A DNA stretch of 64,000 nucleotides from the human T2T-CHM13v2.0 reference genome, Homo sapiens. The stretch lies in NCBI RefSeq assembly GCF_009914755.1, contig NC_060929.1. One strand, given 5' to 3'. Positions 54,501-64,000 of the stretch are shown here, one piece after another. Both the position numbers and the translations under genes were made by a program. Each line of letters starts with the position of its first letter. Within the stretch, counting starts at the first letter, position 1. The notes under the pieces were generated by a model that saw nothing but the letters and a program-made list of their open reading frames with translations, was not told the origin of the DNA and did not search any database.

Positions 54501-55381
54501 ATTGTCCCTCTTAGAAGAAGCAGGAGACTTACAAGACAAAGCGATAGACAAGTGTGCCTACACTGAAAAGTTAAGAATTACACATTGAGACCCACACTTT
54601 GAATCAAGAGTGGAAAAAAAAATAGGTAGTAATTGCAGAGGGAGGGCAGCTAAGCATGTGGCTGCTTTGGGTATTTACTCATCAGACCAGACTGAAACAG
54701 TCTTAATCAGGGAAAATCAATCTGCCTGTTTTTCAGTGTAAGCATAAACATGCTGACAGTAGATGCCGCATAGGTGTTCTGAAAAATCTTACATCAACTT
54801 CAAGTTAGTTATAGCTTCATTTACTTTCTGTGTATAAGTTTGAATTGTTTATGCTTACCTAGAAGGGCGAATTTATCTTCTGCAAGCAGTGTTCTATATC
54901 ATGTCACGGCTGAGGTCAAACGTCTCTTAATGCACAAAATACAGTCCAAACTCTGCCTGAGATTCCACCTCTTCTCTAACTTGATCCAGTTTGCATTCAC
55001 TGTTCTCTGTATTCACCAGCTGTCTCAGCAAAAATTGTCCACATGTCTTCCTCCATATCCTGTTGCTACCCTTCACAAGTCCTCTTGTTTTCTCCAATAC
55101 CAGCATCATCCTGAAACTTTTGTGCTACCACACATGCCAATGATATCTTCATCATCTGAATTGTCCTTTCCATTCAAATAATCACTTACTTGTGCTTCTT
55201 CTGCATAGTAAAAGAAATTGTTCAACAGAATTCAATCTTAAATTTTCCATAAGGCTTTGTGCGTTGTTTTCCCAGACTTATTTTACAGTTACTGATGGAA
55301 GGAACTTTGCTTCTTTGTGTTCAGTTGTAGCGGCTAGCACAAGGCCTTGATAATCCTGAGTGTGTAATACATGTTTGTTGA

Positions 55382-55713
<332 letters not shown>

Positions 55714-55793
55714 TGATGCCTGGGTTTAATAATAACAGTAAATTAATCTTTGAAATGGAAGCGTCTGTACAGAGGGATATGGTGCTTCCTTTG

Positions 55794-55869
55794 CCTAGCT
55801 ATTTATTAAACCGCACTCCTTTGGTGCTTCCTCTGGTGGCAGAGGAGTGGGGTTTAATAAATAGCTAGG
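55794..55869. repeat. Inverted repeat with 27-bp arms and 22-nt spacer
   Basis: cctagctatttattaaaccgcactcct versus aggagtggggtttaataaatagctagg; 26/27 complementary. Confidence 0.95.
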
Positions 55870-56104
55870 GGCTCTGTTCTCTCACTGGCAGTAGATCACC
55901 AAGGTGATCAGTTTCAACTCTGGATGTTTTCGTTGTCTCATTGGTAAAATGGGATGATAGTAATAGTTGTGGAAAGAAAAACATGCAAATAAAGTCCATG
56001 TAAAGGTTGTGCTTCATGGTCAGTATACATTAAATATGAGCTACTATTTTAGTGATTTTCTCTTTTATAGGTCCTAGGGCCTAACTTCCTGTGGTCACAT
56101 TGCA

Positions 56105-56292
56105 ACTCTTCCACTGATGTGTGATCTCTTGCCTTGGGCATGTCCCTTAACTCCCAAGCCTCTGTTTCTCTCCCTGTAAAATAATCAGGGCAGTAATACT
56201 GTCCTCCCAGTGTCATTTTGAGAAATAAATGAGACTACGCATGTAGCACACTCAGCGGTGTGCATAGACCATAGTAAGCACTCAATAAATAG
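56105..56292 (+). mobile_element. MIR SINE
   Basis: ccttgggca...gcctctgtttctctccctgtaaaat...catagtaagcactcaataaat. Confidence 0.82.
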
Positions 56293-57349
56293 TCTCTGTG
56301 CTCATTGAAATTCCACTTGCCCATGCTGACATTTCCATGAAGAAAGTGTTACCCTTTATCACAATAAATAAATTATTTTTCTGAAAGTTAAATCCCAAAA
56401 TATGTCATATCCCTCTTTTGGCCTTCCTCTTGGTGCCATGGAATAAAAGGAAAAGGTGTTTGTTGTTCCATGCATTTGTTTGATGTAGTTGTTCTTTTGT
56501 AGGAATGAGCTTTCTGTAAAAGGGTAGTCTTGTCTAAGTGATTTATATGTATCTGATGTAAGCATCACAGCTCTTGACAGATAGGGCCATCTATCACCAT
56601 ACCATGGAAAGTATACAGACAGATGGCAGGATACCACTGACCCATGTTTCTTGGGTGTGGTCAGTCCTGATACCTCCTTCAGTACCTGTGCCACCTACCC
56701 ACTGAAGAACTCACACACACTCCTGCTCATGTGAAACGGGTACATCTATTGGCTGGAGTGTTTACATGGAATCTTATGTCTTCTTTCTAGAGAATAGCCT
56801 ATGCTGTTTTCAAGAAGGGATAAGCATACCGTAGAATTCCTTGTAGGAGGATTAACAACTATGTTTCTTTTGAATTCCCTCTCAGGGGAAAAACGTACAA
56901 TCGAGCTGTTACCTCTATTCTAACCTAGTCAAGCTTCATTGGTTTGCAGGTCAATCTCAAAATAGGATTTTGTTTGAATCTCAGATACAGCAAAGCAAAC
57001 TTCTGCATAAATACTAGCTAGGTATGGTGTATGTGTGTGTGAAGTTCCACATAAGAAGACAAAATAAACGTTGTTTTGGCCAAATTGAGTGTATAAACTC
57101 TCTGGGATAGTGATATGCCTCTTATGACATTTAATATATTGGTTAAAATCACTAAAAACTTATTTGCCAAATTTGCATGGCATGTCACGTATCATGTAAG
57201 TTGTTTAAGACACAGCATGTTTAAGTTTCTATATGACACTCTCATTGGGAATTTTATGTCAAGACATAAAAATCCATTGACATAACATTAGGTCAGTTTT
57301 TTGTTTTTATTTTGGTTTAATTTATACTTTTAAAAGTTGATCTTTAATC

Positions 57350-58050
57350 CCTCTTCGTTTTCTGTTGAACCCACTTCAGTAAGACTTTTGTTTCCAAACA
57401 CTTCACCAAAGCAGCGTTCGTCAAAGTCCACCACGAACCTCATAGCTAAATCCAGTGGCCTGAGCGCAGTTCTCATCTTACTTGATCTACCCCAGGATTT
57501 GACACAGTGAATCACGTCTCCTAAAACTCTTTTTCCATTTGACTTCTTGGTTATCACCGTCTCCTAAAACTCTTTTTTCATTTGACTTCTTGGTTATCAC
57601 TTTTGATTCTCCTCTGGTTTCTCCTTCTCAGTATCCTTTGCTGGGGGCTGGCCCATCCTCTTCCCTTCCACAGCTCTGTCGTGGGTCTTTGTAGCTTCTC
57701 TCTCTGCATTCTCTATCCGGGTGATTGCATCCTGGCCCATGTCTTTAATGCAACTGAATTGCTAATGACTGTTGCCCCTTTGGCTCTGTTCCAGCCACAC
57801 TAGCCTCTTTCCCTGCCTTGCCTTTGACTCTGTTCCAGCCACACTAGTCTCTTTTCCTGCCTTGAAAATCCCAAATGAAATTCTACCTTTACACTTTATA
57901 TTTACCATAACTATACATTTGTTCCGCCTGGTAGCTGAATGGCCCCTTCTGTCACTTCCTAGAACCTTGAGTTGCCATTTTATCAGTGAAGTCCTTCCTG
58001 ACCTGCCTATGTGTGTGATCTCCATAACATAACCACTCACTCTAATGCTT
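57350..58050 (+). mobile_element. L2 fragment
   Basis: tcaaagtccaccacgaacctcatagctaaatccagtgg...ttccagccacactagtctct. Confidence 0.75.
57515..57600. repeat. 43-bp tandem duplication (2 copies)
   Basis: cgtctcctaaaactcttttt(c/t)catttgacttcttggttatcac twice, 1 mismatch. Confidence 0.95.
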
Positions 58051-58061
58051 ATTTAATTACT

Positions 58062-58575
58062 TTTATCAGGCAGGGGCCCAACGGGAAACAGAGGGCACAT
58101 TGTAAAGTGTTTTACAGAAGAGAGGTTAACAAAAGAAATACATATGAAGCCATAGGCAGGTTAAGGCAATCGACAAGGAGTGGTGAACTACCCAGGGATG
58201 AGCAACCATGAAACAGCTGTTTTCACCTCCAGAACTGAAAAAACAAGGGAAGACAACTATGTTACCCAAGACTGTTTGCAACCTGGAGCTATGAAAGATT
58301 AACTACTCAATAGGAATGTGGCTGGGGAAGAGCACAGCCACTTCCAAGAAGGACCGTGAAGACCCAAGGGAGACAGAGAGGGAGAGGAAGATCAACTGAG
58401 AAGAAATACCCTGGACTTTCTCTTTTGCCTTCTGAACTCTTTCTATTATCTTCCATTGGCTGAATCAATAAGATTCCACAGGGTGCGTGAAGCTATCTCA
58501 GGTTAGCTTCCGGCCACCCAGAGCAGAGCAGAACAAGGTGGGGAATGGATCTAGGGGAGAGAACAAAGACAAACT
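58062..58575 (-). mobile_element. ERVL solo LTR (LTR41-like)
   Basis: atcaggcaggggccc...gaaacagagggcaca...ccattggctgaa...agagcagagcaga; family assignment tentative. Confidence 0.55.
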
Positions 58576-59279
58576 AATAAAAGATCTTTTTAAAGGCTTA
58601 TTTTCACTTGGCACTTGGGAATGTGATATTCTACCCTGCATGGATCATGACAAAATCAGCATTAAATGTTCTTGCCTCCCTTTTGATAGGGTAACCTCTA
58701 TACCATCCAAACTAACATTGGTTGAAGTCTTAACAAGCCATCGTGTCTTCTCCAAACAGCAGGAGTGGTGTTCAAAGTGTTTCACAACCAGTGTGACACA
58801 GGCACAACCGTCAGAACAGTAACCCAACAAATGAGAGTCATATGCAATACTGGGTCCAAAATAGACCATTTGGAAGAGATGCTACAACGTGAATATTTGA
58901 AAAGGGTGATCTTTTCTTTTCTGAGGACATCTGAGAAAATTGTACCCTTATATCCAGAAATCCGTGTGATCTATTCATAGGCAATGTGGTAAACTTGATG
59001 GAAAAGGCATCTCATTTAAATCTCCAACAATTGTTCTCAGCTTTCTTCATTGTCAGATTTGGAACCTAAGGCTCAATTAAGGGTCGTTTTGCCTAAGACC
59101 ACTAATTTAGCTGTGGTGGAGCTGGAAGTGACACCCAGACTTTCTGACTCCAAAGCCCTAGCTCTTGACTAGTCTTGATGTTAAGACTGCCTCTCAGATG
59201 GAATAGTGGTGGTTTCAGGGCAGAAGCTGCATATTTTGAACTTTTTACGTTTTTTTTCTTTTTCTTTCTCATTTTCATC

Positions 59280-59492
59280 TTTTTTTTTTTTTTTCTAGAG
59301 ACAGGGTCTCACTCTGTTGCCTAGGTTGGAGTGCAGTGGTCCTGCTGCTTCTAATTCTTGGTCTCAAGCGATACTCCTGCCTGAGTTTCCAAGTAGCCAG
59401 CACGATAGGCACATTCCACTATGCTTAGCTATTTATTTATTTATTTATTTTACAGAGATTGGGTCTCACCGAGTTGCTCATGCTGGTCTCAA
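59280..59492 (-). mobile_element. Degraded AluJ/monomer-like fragment
   Basis: agagacagggtctcactctgttgcctaggttggagtgcagtgg with poly(T). Confidence 0.85.
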
Positions 59493-60361
59493 ATGAGCTT
59501 TCATTTTTTAAACGTTTCAATAGAAATCCCTGGGAAAGTCTCTTCTCTTTTTATTTCCTACATGATTTTATCTTTCAAAAATCATTTGCATTCATTCCTG
59601 AATTTGGCTAAAATCTAAAGCAGGGTCTGAAGGTACTGTGTGTTTCTCCTCCTTACCACATCCGTTACCCAAACTCTGTATACAAAAGGCACCTAAAATA
59701 TACATGTGAACTGTCTGAATAGAATTCCTTCTTACTTAAGACTGTGGTGTTAGGCTCAGAATTCCAAAGCATGAATAGTTACAGCAGGCGACACATAGGG
59801 TTGTTCTGACACAGGTACCTGTGAGGCATAATTGCTACAATTTACCTTGGACTGTGCTCTTTTTAAAACTATAGGCCACTTGCAGAAAACAATCGGCAAA
59901 CCTGAATTTCCTTACTTACTGTGTTATTTCTACTTTTCTAAACCCCAACTTCCTGTTTCCCCTTTCTCTGCTTTACTACTGTCAATAGAATACCGACGAG
60001 AAATTACTCATTCAAGCTCTTCCTTTGCAATAATTATTTTGAATCCTTAAATCCTGACCCATACCTGTAGAGGTTCCCAGATGGGCTAGGCTACCTGTGT
60101 GGATAATTGGAAGGCTCCTCTGGGTACCGCTTTTTCCAACACAGCTTATAATGTCTTTGTAAAAATGAACAAACTTTGTGGGCTGGAGGAAGCAAAGATG
60201 ATTTTTATGACCAGGAGCATGTTGGAACCTTGATTTTTTTGGTGTGTGTACACTTGTCTGCCTAAGTTAATGAAGGAAGAGTGAAGACTTGCTACTTACC
60301 ATTTTAATACAGTTTCGAGTTTCCCAAAAGAGAATTTCTCATTTGTCTCAAGGTGATTTGA

Positions 60362-60362
<1 letters not shown>

Positions 60363-60394
<32 letters not shown>

Positions 60395-60400
60395 GGTGTG
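60363..60400. repeat. (TG)n microsatellite
   Basis: Direct reading. Confidence 0.95.
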
Positions 60401-61204
60401 TAGGGTGTACTTAGGTTGTCCAGATGATAAATAGTGCCCTAGGTAAGTTGCAGGCTATATATGTAAAAAAATATAGAAGTAATATCGCAATGGGAGGTTT
60501 TCAGATAAAAGTAGAATTCAATTTTGTTTTGAAAGGCTATGATGAATGTTAACCACTTTTTTGCTGAAATTCTTTTCCAGACACATCTTAATCTTTTAAA
60601 ATGATCCTTATGTGATTTTTAATATAAAAATATAATAATGTAGAGAAATTCTGTTATTAATAACATTTGAGGGAGCGATTTGTTCTTCATTTCCTTTTTC
60701 CACCCCCTTGAAATAAAGACAGAGCTATGGTGTGCAAGGCTGTGATGTGAACTGAGTTTTCTCGTTTTTTTTTTTTTCCTTGTTCCTGGAGTTCTACAAC
60801 TGAGAAAATTATTTCCCTGGTTTTCTCACAATGAATTTCTGCGTGTTTCATTCAAAACAACAATAATGGAAACATACCCTGCATGTAATACATCTAAACA
60901 CCCACAAATAAACAGTGATTAAGATTAATGTACCTTCAGCTTGTGCCTATTCTTATGCACTTATGTAGGCATGAAGATTTAATTTTCCCTGTCACACGAA
61001 GCAAATACCTTCTCTTATGTGGCAGATTTGTTTTGGGGCTCTCTCTAGTGCCCTTATTTCCCACATTGCTGTTTTGACATAGTATTAGCCCATTAAATAC
61101 TTTCATGAAATACTGAAAAACAGGAATTAATAGAATGAACGCTGAAAAGTTTTATTTTGTACCCAATGTAAGTAGTATAGATGTCTTCTTGCTTTGTTTT
61201 AATT

Positions 61205-61815
61205 TTCTTTTTATTGTATATTTAAGGTATACAATATGTAGTTTTGATATCTGTATATATATAATGAACACTTCAATCAAGCAAATTAACATATCCACCC
61301 CTCTTCATAATTACCTTTGTGTGTGTAAGAGTACCTAACATCTACTTTTGGCACATTTTCATTATGCAATACGATATTATCAATAATAGTCAACACGCTG
61401 TACATTAGGTCCCTAAACTTACCGTCCTAGATAATTACAAGTTTGTATGCTTTGACCTACTTCTTCCCATTTCCTCCCTGTTTTTTCTGCCCCAGAAACC
61501 ATGTTGTACTCTGTTTCTATATATTCAACTTTTTTTTTTTTTTTAAGATTCCACATATAAGTGAGATCATGCAGTATTTTTCTTTCTGTGTCTGGCTAAT
61601 TTCGCTTAGCACAATGTCCTCTTGATTCATCAGTGTTGTTGCAAGTGGTAGTATCTTTTTCTTTTTTAAAACCGAACATTTATGTATATTCACATGCTAT
61701 AGATACCATAATTTCCTTATCCATTTATCCATTTACAGGCATTGACGTCGTTTCTCTATCTTGGCTATTGCAAAGAATGCTGCCCTAAACAAGGGAACAC
61801 CGACATCCCTATTGG
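61205..61815 (-). mobile_element. L1MA 3' fragment
   Basis: gattccacatataagtgagatcatgcagtatttttctttctgtgtctggct...ttggctattg. Confidence 0.9.
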
Positions 61816-62359
61816 GTGCTGTTTTAAGATGGGGAACTGAATGTCTTTGTCCTTTTAAAAAATTTTAAATATTTTTGTCTGTTTTTCAAGAAATAGTGCC
61901 TGTATTTCTCAGATCCAAAATATGCCCTGAGATATGTTAACAGCACAGATGTTATATTGATTAGAAAGTTTATATCATCAGTAATTTTAGTTTCAGATGG
62001 CCAGTGGTAACACAATTTTTTAAGCTTTAAAATGATGTAATAAATGTAGCAAGAACCAAAGTAACTTATGTGATTGAAAAGATAATATCATCTCCAATAT
62101 GGATTACTTTTTTGTGTGTAACATTTTGTCACATTCTTTGTCATGGGACTTGAAATGTGAATCTTTAAAATGTGTTCCCCTTTCTCTGTCGTACCCCACA
62201 TTCAATTAATTGCCAACTCCTGAATTTTCTGTCTTCAATGTTTCCCCTCTCTGCCATCATTTTTATCACTCATTCTGTCATCATTCTGATAAAAGGCCCT
62301 CATTTCCTCTGGCCTGAACTCTCACACTGCTTCTACCTCTTTATCTGTGGTCTGTGGTC

Positions 62360-62664
62360 TTTCTTTTTGTTGTTGTTTTTGAGACAGAGTCTCACTCTGT
62401 TGCCCAGGCTGGAATGCAGCTGCATGCAATCTCGGCTCACTGCAACCTGAGCCTCCTGGGTTCAAGCAATTCCCCTGCCTCAGCCCCCCGAGTAGCTGGG
62501 ATTACAGGCGCGTGCCGTGACACACGGCTGATTTTTGCATTTTTAGTAGAGATGGGGTTTCACCGTATTGGCGAGGTTGGTCTTGAACTCCTGACCTCAA
62601 GTGATCCACCCACCTTGGCCTCCCAAAGTGCTAGGATTACAGGAGTGAGCCACCATGCCCAGCT
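62360..62664 (-). mobile_element. AluS
   Basis: Full antisense Alu; tatctgtggtct repeated on both flanks. Confidence 0.95.
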
Positions 62665-64000
62665 GTATCTGTGGTCTTTCTCAAATCAAAACCTTTCCAC
62701 GAAGTTGCCAGGTTACTTCATAAAGATGTGGTGAATCTCTAAACATTCAGAATCCTCATTGCACTTCAAATTAACAGCAACTCCCTGATGATATTCTCTC
62801 AGTGAGTCTTTCTCCTATTCTTTCAAGCTGATCTTCTAGAATATTCTCTGTAGGAACTTGACATTCTCACCCAACCCAGTTATTTCTGAATGCGTCTTTT
62901 GTGTGTGTCCGAAACTTTTTGTTGTTGTTGTTGTTCTTTTTTACCCAACTTGTGCTTCATGACTAAACGTAGCCCTTTACTTTTGTGAAGCTTTTCTTGA
63001 ACCATCAGCCAGCTAGGGCTAAGCTCCTGTCCCCAAAACTCACTGAGCTTTTTCTGCCATTTTATCATTCTATCTAACTGGGCTGCACATTACAATAACT
63101 TTAATGAAATAGATACTCAAATGCATATTATCTAGAGGGTTTGCAATTGTGATCTTATTTATTCATCTACCAACTTAGAAAGGAAGGTATAAATGTAGCT
63201 TAGCAGGATTGATCCTATGCTTCCAAGTAAAGTAGAAGTATCACATGGGTGAATCATGCTGTCTGACTTTCATATCTCTGTGCTTTGCAGTGGCCTCAAT
63301 CATAACCATTGGTACGTAATTACTTCTCTACTCTTTCAGATTTTATGCCCCTTGAGGACAGGGCTTACTCTTGCTCATAATTGTATCTTCCATGTAAGGT
63401 GCCTTTTGTGTAGTTTTATACTTTCCCAAAACTATAAAAAAGATATCAATATAATAACTAAGGGGAAAATAATCTATTAGGATGGAAAATAAAGCAGTCT
63501 CTGTGTGACCCCCGTGGTTTAATCTGGATGGAGAACGTGGATGGGGATACATTTTTAATATCATTCCTTCTCACTTTCAGAGACCTTAGGTACATTGACC
63601 TGAGAATTTTATCTGGGACAAGGCAAAGAAAAACTGCAACGTCAAAGCTTTTCCAAGTTCCCAGTATTGCTGAGGGTGTTGACCTATGGCAGCTGGCTCT
63701 TTAGTTAATCACATTAATGATGCTTTTAGTTTTAAAAATAAGAGCCAGGTGTAGTTCAGTCAAGGAAAGTTGAGACAAAGGGGAAATGAATTTGTTCTAT
63801 GAGTTAAAGAGGGCTTTTTTCCTCCAGTTTTTCACCTGACAGCCTAAGCCTAAAAGATTTAACAATGGTGTTTGTACTTAATGGCTAGTAGTTATGTAGT
63901 ACAGCATTATTTGAGGCATGTATACATAAAAGAAAAAAAAATTAGACTACAAGACAGTCACCAGTAAGGGAAATCGGTAATTATATCCAAAACTTCCTCT

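Overview
This is a 64 kb AT-rich, CpG-depleted stretch of primate (very likely human) non-coding DNA. I found no credible protein-coding exon, tRNA, rRNA or CpG-island promoter. The listed ORFs are Alu-derived or look like chance frames. The window is a mosaic of interspersed repeats: 14 dimeric Alus plus a degraded Alu piece (many with visible target-site duplications), MIR, L2, L1 3' ends, a probable CR1/L3 relic, MaLR/ERVL solo LTRs and hAT/Tigger DNA-transposon remnants. Several multi-kb repeat-poor, motif-rich blocks look like regulatory elements. All 7 recognised LTRs and most L1 pieces lie on the minus strand, which suggests an intron of a plus-strand gene that I cannot name. The most unusual direct observations are a 27-bp-arm hairpin (55794-55869), a 44-bp local sequence copied into an Alu tail, a patchwork of micro-duplications, a small CpG-dense patch and an E-box/CCAAT/CRE cluster. 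I see no evidence for a novel multi-gene system. Repeat families were assigned by eye from remembered consensus sequences, and boundaries of old repeats are approximate.
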